Shown here: positions 1 through 8,461 of the stretch, one piece after another | Layout of the letters: each line of letters opens with the position of its first letter | Numbering within the stretch: position 1 is the first letter of the stretch | From: an uncultured bacterium | GTDB lineage: Bacteria; Armatimonadota; Hebobacteria; Hebobacterales; Hebobacteraceae | Assembly: GCA_964385645.1 (NCBI GenBank) | Contig: CAYLPT010000188.1 | Location: 8,727-72,726, forward strand | Length of the DNA: 64,000 nucleotides | Direction of reading: 5' to 3' | Made by a program: the position numbers and the translations under genes | Notes under the pieces: generated by a model | Told to the model about the DNA's origin: nothing | What the model saw: the letters and a program-made list of their open reading frames with translations, nothing else | Database searches by the model: none

Positions 1-1
1 G

Positions 2-1177
2 TGTCTCATCCTGTTCTTCATCCCGGGTATGCTCATGGGCGTGACCTCTCCCTTCGTCATTCGGCTGACCGCGGAGAGCATTGACCGCGTGGGCCGCACT
101 GCCGGGGCCGTCTACTCGATATCCACCGTGGGCAGCATCGCCGGCACGATCGGCGCGGCCTTCTACCTCATACCCGCGATGGGCACGCGCGCGATCCTCT
201 ACCTGCTCGGCGCGCTCCTCATGCTCGCGGCCCTGCTGGCCGCCGCCGCGGGCTCACGTCCGCTCAGCGCCCGCCGGGCAGCCGCCGCGGCCGCTCTCCT
301 GCTTGCGGCGCTGGGCGTCGCCGGGCCCGCCTCCGCGCGGGAGCGCGTCCTGCTGGAGCGCGACAGCGCTTATCACCGCCTGCTGGTGACCGAGGACGGG
401 CGCCACCGCTGGCTCCGCGCCGACAACATCTGGCACACCCAGATGGACCTGCAGGACCCCCACGGGCGCGGGCTGCCCTATGCGTGTTACACGGACATCG
501 CGTTCCTGATCAACCCCAACATCCGCCGGGTGCTGGTGATCGGGCTGGGCGGGGGGACGATCCCGAAGCGATTCGTGCGCGACTACCCCGAGGTGGTGGT
601 GGACTCGGTGGAGATAGACCCGGATGTGATCTCCATTGCGCAGCGGTACTTCTACGTCCGCCCGGGGCCTCGCCTGCGCATCCACGAGGCCGACGGCCGG
701 CAGTTCCTGCGCCGCACCCGTGAGAAGTGGGACCTCATCGTTCTCGACGCTTACTACGCGGATACGGTGCCCTTCTTCCTGACGACGCGTGAGTTCTTCG
801 AGCTGGTCAGGGAGCGGCTCACGCCCCAGGGCGTCATCGTCAACAACGTCGTCGGAGCGGTGACCGGCCCCCGGAGCAACTTCTTCCGGTCGGTCTACAA
901 GACGATGGCCGACGTCTTCCCCCAGATCCACGCCTTCGAGGTGAGAGAGAGCGACGCGCGCCTGACCAACATCATGGTCTTCGGGATGAACTCGCCCCGC
1001 CCCATCACTCACGAGGAACTCCGGCAGCGGGCGAGGGAGGCTCAGGGGACCCGCATCAAGGACCCGCGGCTGGTGTGGCGGGTGGACAACTACGTCCACA
1101 CGCGCGTCCGCACCGGCGACGTCCCCATCCTCACCGACGACTACGCGCCCGTGGACGCCCTGATGCACCTCTGGTGA
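2..1177 (+). CDS. fused MFS-like membrane domain / spermidine-synthase-fold transferase; 5' end cut by window edge
   Basis: The frame is open from nt 2, with no stop upstream of the ATG at 29. Hydrophobic helices are followed by Rossmann-type motifs VLVIGLGGG, DSVEIDP and LIVLDAYY, which are typical of spermidine-synthase-like enzymes. Confidence 0.7.
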   Translation, partial: CLILFFIPGMLMGVTSPFVIRLTAESIDRVGRTAGAVYSISTVGSIAGTIGAAFYLIPAMGTRAILYLLGALLMLAALLAAAAGSRPLSARRAAAAAALLLAALGVAGPASARERVLLERDSAYHRLLVTEDGRHRWLRADNIWHTQMDLQDPHGRGLPYACYTDIAFLINPNIRRVLVIGLGGGTIPKRFVRDYPEVVVDSVEIDPDVISIAQRYFYVRPGPRLRIHEADGRQFLRRTREKWDLIVLDAYYADTVPFFLTTREFFELVRERLTPQGVIVNNVVGAVTGPRSNFFRSVYKTMADVFPQIHAFEVRESDARLTNIMVFGMNSPRPITHEELRQRAREAQGTRIKDPRLVWRVDNYVHTRVRTGDVPILTDDYAPVDALMHLW

Positions 1178-1190
1178 CGCCGCCGGCGGC

Positions 1191-1640
1191 TTATTCGATC
1201 AGCCCGAACCCCCGCGCCACGTAGACCGCCATCTGGTCGCGGGAGCAGGTGTACTCGGGGTGGTAGAGCCCGTCGGGGTAGCCGCCGACGATGCCCTGCT
1301 CCGCGAGGAACTCGACGTACTTCCAGCACCAGGCCCACTCGTTGTCAGAGGTGACATCGAGGAAGGTGGTGGTGCTCGGCACGTAGTCGGCGATGCCGGC
1401 CTCGCCGGTGGGGACGGCGATGGCCCGGGCTATGAAGACCGCCATCTGCCCCCGGTCCACGGCCAGCGAGGGCTGGTAGGTCCCGTCGTCGTAGCCCCGC
1501 ACGATGTCATTCGCCGCCGCATACTCGATGTAGCGGAACGCCCAGTGGTCAGGGGCAACGTCGGGGAACGTCGGGCTCGCCGGGCCGGAGGGCACCCCCC
1601 CGTCGCCGCCCGCGAGCGCGCGGGAGACGTACACCGCCAT
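1191..1640 (-). CDS. S-layer homology (SLH) domain module. The listed ORF covers repeats 2-3; the frame is open up to 1817 and encodes a further SLH repeat.
   Basis: Repeats FPDVAPDHWAFRYIEYAAANDIVRGYDDGTYQP..VDRGQMAVFIARA and FLDVTSDNEWAWCWKYVEFLAEQGIVGGYPDGLYHP..SRDQMAVYVARG. Upstream in the same frame is FGDVPLDHWAREEIAACAQAGIVAGFPDGTYRPGLAVSRDQMAVYVSRA, with no ATG/GTG/TTG before it. Confidence 0.8.
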   Translation of the reverse strand: MAVYVSRALAGGDGGVPSGPASPTFPDVAPDHWAFRYIEYAAANDIVRGYDDGTYQPSLAVDRGQMAVFIARAIAVPTGEAGIADYVPSTTTFLDVTSDNEWAWCWKYVEFLAEQGIVGGYPDGLYHPEYTCSRDQMAVYVARGFGLIE

Positions 1641-1755
1641 CTGATCGCGGGAGACTGCGAGGCCGGGGCGATAGGTGCCGTCGGGGAAGCCGGCGACGAT
1701 GCCGGCCTGCGCGCAGGCTGCTATCTCCTCCCTGGCCCAGTGGTCCAGAGGGACG

Positions 1756-3912
1756 TCACCGAAAGGGCCGGCCGGCGGCCTCCATCCGCCGGGGCGCAGC
1801 CTGGTGGTTGACCTCCCTCATGCGTTCGACGAGGGGCCACTTCACCTGGTCGGTCTCGCTCATCAGCCCGAAGGCGTAGTGCTCGCCGTACACGAGCTCG
1901 GGCCCGAAGCCCGGCCCGCGGCCGGTGAGGGGCTGGTCCCGGTAGTGGAACCAGATCATGCCGACGCAGTGTGGATCCCGGGCGGCCTTCTCGATGGTCT
2001 GGTGGTACAGCTCGCCGGCCTCCGCCTCTGTCTCGACCCTCGAGCTCCAGTAGCGGCCGAAGCCCCGCTCGCCGTGGTAGAACTGGGGGAAGGAGAACTC
2101 ACCACAGAGAGTCGGCTTGTCGGTCTCGGCCTGAAGGCGGGCCAGCACCGGGTCGTCGTAGTCCATGAAGTAGCGGTCATAGCCCATGATGTCGCAGTGG
2201 CGGGCCTGAAGGCGCCAGTCGTCCTCACTCTCCCACCAGCCCGGCACGATCCAGGGGGCGATCACGAGGTGGTTGGGGTCAATGGACTTGATGGTGGAGT
2301 ACACGAACTCGTAGAAGCCGTCCGCGTACCATAGCCGCAGGCGGACGACGTCGGCGTCGGGCGGCGAGGGGCTGGTCTCATACAGCTCCTCCCGGGTAGA
2401 GACCTCCAGGCCCCAGGCGGCGGCGAGCGCGGGCACCGAGCCGCCGTAGAGCTCGTCCACCGCGTGATCGAGCAGGGCGCGCTTGGCGGGCGTGTCGGCC
2501 GGCGCGGCGAGCATCTGGCGGATCTGGTCCCGGGTGATGAGAGCCTCCCACTCGCTGCGGTAGGACCAGCCGAGGATGTAGGGGTCATCGCGGCGGGGCC
2601 CGATCTGCCCCTCCAGGTCCCGGCGGAACTGCTCGCGGACCGCGGGGTCGAAGTAGTCCGGGTGACCAGCCAGGGTGGGGGTGTTCGCCGAATACAGCAC
2701 CGGCGTCTGGACCATGGCGTCCGGCGCGCCCCACTTCCCGCCGCCGGAGAAGCCCCAGGCCGCCAGGCGCCGCCGCGCCCGCTCCAGGGACTCTTCCTGC
2801 CAGGCGTCGGCCCCGTACTTGCGAATCAGGTTGCACTGGTACAGGTTCACGTAGTCCGCCGCCTCGCCCGCGCCCCACACATCCCGGGCCCAGGCGCCTA
2901 ACCAGGGCGCCTCCCGCGGCGGCAGCCACTCGAAGAGGTGCTCTCGGCCCGTGGTCGGCGTCAGGGGCCAGGCGCTCGCCGGCACCAAGCACACCCCGAG
3001 GTAGAAACACGGGTTCCCCTCGGGGGAGAGCAGCCACCAGTAGCCGTCTCGCCTGGTGACCCGGAAGAACCCCGTGCCCTCCTCCCGCCAACCGGCCCTC
3101 AGGTAGCCGCCATAGAGGTCGAAGTCGGGCGACGGGGGCATCGTCTCCAGGCGCGTGTCCTCGGCCGCGATGTGCGCGACCAGATCGGCGTCGGAGTGCA
3201 CCTTGCCTGGGAAGTCGGCGTACACACACTGCCCATAGCGGTCAATCAGGGGCGCCCATGCCGCCGGGTCGCTCCTGAGGAAGCGGATCGTGCAGTCCAG
3301 CCACAGCGAGTCCCCCGGCTGCGAGGGGACCTCGAGCCGGATGGCCGTGCCCGGCTCGAACAGCCGCAGCACCGGGTGTGCAGAGGCGGCCCCGATGTCC
3401 ACCTCGTGCCGAACCACCTCCTCCTCGCCGCGGAGGAGCACAACCGAGAGCGTCCCCACGGCGGCCACCCAGTCCCCGGGGTCGCTCGCCCACGGCGGCC
3501 GATAGTCCACCTCGAACGGGCCGGGGGCCGGCTGCCACCCGCCGGGGCTATCAACGACGAGCGCGCCGTCGAGATAGAGCTGCGCGCCGGTCGCGCTGAT
3601 CGACGCGGTGAGCTGGTACTCGCGGTCGAACTCGAAGCCGGGCGTGTGCCTCGGGAAGCGCCAGCTCGTGCCATCGCCCACCGCGAGGAAGACCGGCAGC
3701 GTCTCCAGCTCGCTGCCCTCGAAATCGAGGTAGAAGCCGGCGTTCCCGAGCCAGTCATACTGGCTCGCCACGTAGAAGCGACACAGCGACTGGCCGGCCG
3801 CAGACGAGGGAAGCGAGAGAAGCGCCAGCGCGCCGATCAGCAGTGAGGTGACGCCGGGCCAGAAACCGCAGCGTGGTGACCGAGGGCGTCTACCGTGGTG
3901 AACCTGAGCCAT
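1756..3912 (-). CDS. exported TIM-barrel glycoside-hydrolase-like protein (clan GH-A; GH50/GH42-like by motif recollection), probably the N-terminal part of a GH-SLH fusion
   Basis: The ATG at 3912 is preceded by GGAGGAGG. Signal peptide: MAQVHHGRRPRSPRCGFWPGVTSLLIGALALLSLPSSAAG. C-terminal motifs: GEFSFPQFY and WFHYRDQPLTGRGPG..GEHYAFGLMSETD. The track ORF 1756..4935 is an artefactual upstream extension. Confidence 0.6.
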   Translation of the reverse strand: MAQVHHGRRPRSPRCGFWPGVTSLLIGALALLSLPSSAAGQSLCRFYVASQYDWLGNAGFYLDFEGSELETLPVFLAVGDGTSWRFPRHTPGFEFDREYQLTASISATGAQLYLDGALVVDSPGGWQPAPGPFEVDYRPPWASDPGDWVAAVGTLSVVLLRGEEEVVRHEVDIGAASAHPVLRLFEPGTAIRLEVPSQPGDSLWLDCTIRFLRSDPAAWAPLIDRYGQCVYADFPGKVHSDADLVAHIAAEDTRLETMPPSPDFDLYGGYLRAGWREEGTGFFRVTRRDGYWWLLSPEGNPCFYLGVCLVPASAWPLTPTTGREHLFEWLPPREAPWLGAWARDVWGAGEAADYVNLYQCNLIRKYGADAWQEESLERARRRLAAWGFSGGGKWGAPDAMVQTPVLYSANTPTLAGHPDYFDPAVREQFRRDLEGQIGPRRDDPYILGWSYRSEWEALITRDQIRQMLAAPADTPAKRALLDHAVDELYGGSVPALAAAWGLEVSTREELYETSPSPPDADVVRLRLWYADGFYEFVYSTIKSIDPNHLVIAPWIVPGWWESEDDWRLQARHCDIMGYDRYFMDYDDPVLARLQAETDKPTLCGEFSFPQFYHGERGFGRYWSSRVETEAEAGELYHQTIEKAARDPHCVGMIWFHYRDQPLTGRGPGFGPELVYGEHYAFGLMSETDQVKWPLVERMREVNHQAAPRRMEAAGRPFR

Positions 3913-3990
3913 CGGGTTCCTCCTCCTGCCGCTGCAGGCGGCCTGTGCGTGGTGGTTCCCGGGGCGACCAGATGCGGCGCCGCCTGGCCC

Positions 3991-3996
3991 ATTATA
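3991..3996 (-). promoter_or_regulatory. candidate -10 box (TATAAT on minus strand) upstream of the GH gene
   Basis: A perfect TATAAT hexamer about 79 nt upstream of the start at 3912. There is no convincing -35. Confidence 0.3.
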
Positions 3997-4043
3997 CCGT
4001 GCCCCGGCGCCTTCGCCTGCCCCGACTTGGGCCGGCCAGGCGC

Positions 4044-4943
4044 TCAGCGAGGCCGGGGCCGCACGGACCAGAGCTGAGCCACCGCAATCCCGGCCAGGAT
4101 CAGCGCGCCGCCGGCGATACCCCGTAACCCGAGGCGGTCGCCCTGGACGAAGTGAGCGAAGACGGCCGCGAACACCGGCTCGGCGGCGAAGATCAGGGCG
4201 ACGTGCGTCGCGCTCGTCTCCCGCTGGGCCCACATCTGAGTGGCGAAGGCGAAGGCGGTGGCAAGCACCCCCGTGACCACGAGCGCGGCAAGGGTCCAGA
4301 GTGTGAGCGCCAGGCGAGGCGTCTCCAGCACGGACATCAGCGCCGCGCACGCCAGCGCCGTAGCGACGATCTGCCAGAAGGCCAGCGCCGCCGGGTCCTG
4401 ACGGCGGGCCACGCACCCGGCAGTGACGATGTGCAGAGCGAAGCCCGCGGCGCACCCGAGCGTGAGCAGGTCGCCCACGTTGGGGCCGGCCCCCGCAGGC
4501 GAGGCCAGCAGATACAGCCCCGCCGCCGCGATCGCGGCGGCGACTAAGGGCTTGAGACCGGCCCCGCCGGCCCGCCCGTCGTGGAAGCGGGCCGACATCA
4601 GCAGCCACAGCAGCGGGACCAGCACGACGCTGAGGCCCGTGATGAAGGCCGACTTGGACGCGGTGGTGTACAGCAGCCCGACCGTCTGAAGCGCGTAGCC
4701 GGCCGTAAGCCATGTGCCCAGCAGCGCCGCGACCGCGAGCTGGCGGCCGGTGACGCGCACCACCCGCCGAGGGAAGGCCGCCCCCAACACCACCGCGGCG
4801 AGCGCGAACCGCGCAGACAGGAACGCAAAGGGTGATGCCGACTCCAGCGCCCGCTGCACGGCCGTGAAGGTGAACCCCCACACCGCGGCCACTATCAGCA
4901 GGGCTGCGTCCGCCCGGAGCCAGCCCGCCCGCCACGCCTTCAT
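4044..4943 (-). CDS. EamA/DMT-family transporter
   Basis: About 10 hydrophobic helices. The N-terminus LLIVAAVWGFTFTAVQRAL is typical of EamA repeats. The two halves look like a duplicated EamA domain. Confidence 0.75.
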   Translation of the reverse strand: MKAWRAGWLRADAALLIVAAVWGFTFTAVQRALESASPFAFLSARFALAAVVLGAAFPRRVVRVTGRQLAVAALLGTWLTAGYALQTVGLLYTTASKSAFITGLSVVLVPLLWLLMSARFHDGRAGGAGLKPLVAAAIAAAGLYLLASPAGAGPNVGDLLTLGCAAGFALHIVTAGCVARRQDPAALAFWQIVATALACAALMSVLETPRLALTLWTLAALVVTGVLATAFAFATQMWAQRETSATHVALIFAAEPVFAAVFAHFVQGDRLGLRGIAGGALILAGIAVAQLWSVRPRPR

Positions 4944-5006
4944 CGCCCGTCCGGGATCCTTGTACGCCAGGCGCCGCTGGGTCGCGGCGAAGGGGCGCTC
5001 ACGGCA

Positions 5007-6266
5007 TCACACCGGGAGCCGGTAGAGATCCCTGGGGTTGTCCCAGAGCCACTTTCGCGCCAGCTCGAGAGCCTGGTCTTCGCCGAACTGGCCCCGCTCG
5101 ATCCGCGCCGCGAGCACTCGCGCCAGGTCCTCGCGGGCCATCACCAGGTGCCCGTAGATCTTCTCGACTGGCAGCGCGTAGTCGCCGCCGAAGGCGGTGA
5201 TCTTGTTCACCGGGACGAGGTCAATAACCTCATCCATGGCATCGGTGGCGAATCGTTGGGAGATCACGTGGGTCCAGCAGAAGTTCAGCCACGCGTTCGC
5301 AAAGCCCTTCCCAAGCATGATGGATTCGCGAACCCAGGGATACCCCAGGTGGTAGAGGTCGAAGCGGACCCTGGGGTGCCGCTCGAGCAGGGGGATCATG
5401 TGCAGCGGATCGAGGGTCCGGAAGTCGCCCCAGTAGCCGGTGTGCACACACACCACGAGGTCGAGCTCGCCGGCGTAGCGGATCATCTCATCCACCACAT
5501 AGTCCCGCATCGGGTTCCGGTCGGGCAGCGAGTGCCGCCTGCCGCGGCGCAAGTCCTCGAAGCACTCCAGGGCCGCCTGCCGGTCTGGCTGCTGGTACGG
5601 ATTCGACATCATCTTGAGGCCGACGGCGCCTTCGGCCTTCACCTGCTCGATGTACTGCCGGTTGGCGTCCAGGAGGTCGTCAAGGGTGCGCACCGCGACG
5701 TTGGGGGCGAGGACCCTGGGGTTGCCCTGCCAGTCGGTCAGCGTCGGCCGAGACACCTGGGCCCAGGTCCCCATGGCGGTGACCAGGGGCATGACCGGGG
5801 TCAGGAGCGGGCTGCCCAGGTCGGTGCGGGAGCACTGGGTGAGCGCAACGCGGATGCGGCAGGCGTCCCTGAGGACACGCTCGTAGATGCCCGGGGTGTT
5901 GCCCTCGGCCATCCGCTCCGACAGCTCCACATAGGTGTGTTCGTTGATGTCGTCAACCCCGTAGAAGCGCTGCGCCGCGAGGAGGGCCGCGCGAGCATAG
6001 GAGGCCCACCGGATCTGTTCCCAGTAGGGTGCGAAGAGCCGCCAGCGGTAATCCAGAGGCAGCTCCGGGTTCTGGGTCAGCCGGTAGTCAGCATCCGACA
6101 TGCCAGCCACGAGCAGGTCGGCGCGAGTGTAGTGGCTGAAGAGCGTGAACACATCCACCTTCGTCGAGGTCCGCACCGACTCCGGGGACAGGTGCTCGTG
6201 GGCGTCAACGATGTCCAGCTCCTCCATCGCCGAGAGCAGTCGTGTTTCGAGCCGCGACGGGGTCAT
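5007..6266 (-). CDS. amidohydrolase-superfamily metal-dependent hydrolase (paralog of 24937..26157)
   Basis: N-terminal metal motif IVDAHEHL; later VCVHTGYW and DLYHLGYPW. SD GGAGGG lies upstream of the ATG. Confidence 0.65.
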   Translation of the reverse strand: MTPSRLETRLLSAMEELDIVDAHEHLSPESVRTSTKVDVFTLFSHYTRADLLVAGMSDADYRLTQNPELPLDYRWRLFAPYWEQIRWASYARAALLAAQRFYGVDDINEHTYVELSERMAEGNTPGIYERVLRDACRIRVALTQCSRTDLGSPLLTPVMPLVTAMGTWAQVSRPTLTDWQGNPRVLAPNVAVRTLDDLLDANRQYIEQVKAEGAVGLKMMSNPYQQPDRQAALECFEDLRRGRRHSLPDRNPMRDYVVDEMIRYAGELDLVVCVHTGYWGDFRTLDPLHMIPLLERHPRVRFDLYHLGYPWVRESIMLGKGFANAWLNFCWTHVISQRFATDAMDEVIDLVPVNKITAFGGDYALPVEKIYGHLVMAREDLARVLAARIERGQFGEDQALELARKWLWDNPRDLYRLPV

Positions 6267-6421
6267 TCGTCCCTCCAGTTCGGCCGCCGGCCCTCAGGCG
6301 TGACCGGCGCTCCGGCGCCTGTGCTTCTGCCTGCGTCTGTTTCACCCCTGCTCGGCCGTCCCTGGGTGGGAGGCAAGGCTGCGCCCGGCGGCGAAGCCAC
6401 GCCCGGGGGTCGGTTTGTGCC

Positions 6422-7360
6422 ATGGGAAGACGCGTGAGGGTCGAGTCGGCGGGCCTGGTCCTCGTCTACCTCGGACTCGGGGTCGTCAGCGGCCTGCTGT
6501 GGGCGCGCCTCGCCGATCTGCCCCGACTTCCCTCCTGGCACGCCGAGATGGTGGGCGGCTACGCGCCGGCCCCCAACCAGTACCGTCCACTCACCCCCTG
6601 GGTGGCGCAACTTCTCCGGTGGCTCCTCCCGGGAGGCAGCCCAGTCGCCGCGTACGTGGTCCTGCGCTCGCTGGTCACCGGCATCGCGCTCTTGTCGTTC
6701 GACCGGTACATGCGGGTCTGGTTCTCGCCGGCGGCCGCCGCGGCCGGGGCGATGTGCCTGGCAGCGATCATCCCCTTCACCTACTTCCGCGTCGTCCAGG
6801 AGAGTGACCCCCTGAACCTGCTCGTCTTCGTGCTGGCGTTCTGGGCGCTCGCGGTGGGCCGCGATCGCCTCGTGCCCCCTCTCGTGCTGGTGGGCACGCT
6901 CAACCGCGAGACCACGGCCCTGCTGCCGGCCGTGTACCTGCTCGCGCGGTGGCGGGAGGCCCCCGCGCAGCGAGTGGTGGGCATGACGGTGGTGCTCGCG
7001 GGGGCCTGGGCGGTCCCCTACGGCGCAATGCTCGTGGCCTACGGGAGCCGGGCGTACTACTGCGATGTGGTGACGTTCTGGCAGAACGTCGGCTCCTGGG
7101 CGGGCACGGCGCTCCTGCTGGCGCTCTACGGTGCGATGTGGGCGCTGTCCTTGCTGGGGGCGAGGGACGGGCCGCGGGTCCTGCGGCGGGCGCTCTGGCT
7201 GCTGCCACCCTACCTGGCGCTGCACTACGTGATCGCGCTGGTGTGGGAGGTGAGGTTGTTCCTGCCGTTTGCGCCGGTGGTCATCCCGCTGGCGTGGTGG
7301 GTGCTGTTCCCCGAGGAGAGGCGTGAGGCCGCGCGCCCGGCGGCCCGCCTTGAGCACTGA
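6422..7360 (+). CDS. polytopic integral membrane protein, function unknown
   Basis: The ATG at 6422 is followed directly by a TM helix (GLVLVYLGLGVVSGLLW) and about 8 further hydrophobic segments. The upstream part of track ORF 6242.. is Arg/Pro-rich and looks non-coding. Confidence 0.6.
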   Translation: MGRRVRVESAGLVLVYLGLGVVSGLLWARLADLPRLPSWHAEMVGGYAPAPNQYRPLTPWVAQLLRWLLPGGSPVAAYVVLRSLVTGIALLSFDRYMRVWFSPAAAAAGAMCLAAIIPFTYFRVVQESDPLNLLVFVLAFWALAVGRDRLVPPLVLVGTLNRETTALLPAVYLLARWREAPAQRVVGMTVVLAGAWAVPYGAMLVAYGSRAYYCDVVTFWQNVGSWAGTALLLALYGAMWALSLLGARDGPRVLRRALWLLPPYLALHYVIALVWEVRLFLPFAPVVIPLAWWVLFPEERREAARPAARLEH

Positions 7361-7372
7361 GCGGAGGGCAAG

Positions 7373-7543
7373 ATGCCTCAGACGCTGATCATGATCGGGC
7401 TGGTGTTGGTCGCCATCGCGCTCCTGTGGAGGCTGGCGGCGGCGCTGCTCCAGATCGCGCTCCCGGCCGGCCTGCTGCTGGCGCTCGTGGGCGTGATCTG
7501 GTACTTCGCCCAGCGCAGCCGCGCCGCGCCGAGTGGACGCTGA
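7373..7543 (+). CDS. small (56 aa) two-helix membrane protein; below the ORF-track size cut-off
   Basis: GGAGGG lies 6 nt before the ATG. Translation: MPQTLIMIGLVLVAIALLWRLAAALLQIALPAGLLLALVGVIWYFAQRSRAAPSGR*. It starts 13 nt after the stop of the previous membrane gene. Confidence 0.5.
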   Translation: MPQTLIMIGLVLVAIALLWRLAAALLQIALPAGLLLALVGVIWYFAQRSRAAPSGR

Positions 7544-7706
7544 GTCTGACCTGCGCCTCGCGGCTATGTAAGATCTCTTAGCCAGATGGCGGGGGTGGAG
7601 GAAGGGCGCCAGCTCCGCCAGGGCACACGCGCGTGCTCGCCGACTCCTCTTGTCGCATTATGCAACACCTCTGATTGCTGAGCGAACAGGCCGTTTGGCC
7701 TGCGCG

Positions 7707-7715
7707 TGGTATTCT
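7707..7715 (+). promoter_or_regulatory. candidate extended -10 promoter (TGgTATTCT)
   Basis: TGG+TATTCT in a locally AT-richer intergenic region, about 75 nt upstream of the GTG at 7790. Confidence 0.25.
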
Positions 7716-7789
7716 CGGACCACACTGAGGCGGCGCCGGTCCAGACCTTGCCGGGACGGGCGCCGCGAGGAGCGATAGGAGGTAGAATC

Positions 7790-8152
7790 GTGAACAGGTC
7801 TGTGCCGACGCTGCTAGGGATCGTCATCATCCTCCTGGTCGTGGTGCTGGTGGTGCTGATCTACAACTACCGGCTCACCTCCGGGCTGGCGGCGGGAGGG
7901 ACGGTCGTGGGAACGGCCGGCCAGAGGTTGCTTACAGGGGTGGAGCCGCCCGAGGAGGAGATTGGGGTGGGCGAGGTGCTGGAGCGCCGGGGCGAGACAG
8001 CTCCACGGACGGCCCCGCCGCCCCGGAGCGCCGAACCGGAGCGGGCCGTCCGCTACCGTGAGGGAGTGGAGCAGCGCGAGCAGCGCCGGGCCGCCGGCCG
8101 CCAGGAGGCGCGGCCCGAGACGGCTCTGCCAGCGGCGGAGCCCGGCGAATAG
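7790..8152 (+). CDS. single-pass membrane-anchored protein with charged Pro/Glu/Arg-rich tail, unknown function
   Basis: The GTG at 7790 is preceded by AGGAGG. N-terminal TM helix: VPTLLGIVIILLVVVLVVLIYNY. Confidence 0.5.
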   Translation: MNRSVPTLLGIVIILLVVVLVVLIYNYRLTSGLAAGGTVVGTAGQRLLTGVEPPEEEIGVGEVLERRGETAPRTAPPPRSAEPERAVRYREGVEQREQRRAAGRQEARPETALPAAEPGE

Positions 8153-8217
8153 GGCGGACGATCCAGCAGGCGCGGAACAGCCCTGCCCGCGTCCAACCCA
8201 GGCAGGGCCGCTCCTGC

Positions 8218-8313
8218 GGGATCACGCTGATCGAGCTGCTGGTGGTGATCGCCACCAGTATATGCCACATCTGGGCCAAAGAGTATGCGCTCTCTTGTCT
8301 GCCAAGGGCGCTC
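8218..8313 (+). pseudogene. remnant of a prepilin-type (DUF1559-like) gene N-terminus, with no start codon
   Basis: Encodes ..[33 protein letters not shown]. The G-(F/I)TLIELLVV methylation motif is intact. The hydrophobic helix is about 11 aa shorter than in the intact paralog at 16620..17690. There is no ATG/GTG/TTG in frame upstream of the motif. Confidence 0.55.
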
Positions 8314-8461
8314 GATCCGCCCCTGAGCGCGGCAGCAATCTCCGGGCCCGGAGCGAGGAGCCCGGCTAGCTCCCGCGGCGCGGACTCCGGAGCCCACACA
8401 CCTGCCCTGAGTGGGACACCGCCGCCGCCCCCAGGCAGGACTCAGCCCGGCAACGCGGAAG

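Noticed and set aside
3913-4935. The upstream 340 codons of the 1059-aa ORF 1756..4935.
   Set aside because: This part runs out of frame through the well-supported EamA transporter gene and is Arg/Gly/Ala junk. The real GH gene starts at 3912, with a strong SD and a signal peptide.
7783-7788. TAGAAT hexamer immediately before the GTG at 7790, considered as a -10 box.
   Set aside because: It is only 1 nt from the start codon and overlaps the SD AGGAGG. It is incompatible with a TSS upstream of the gene.
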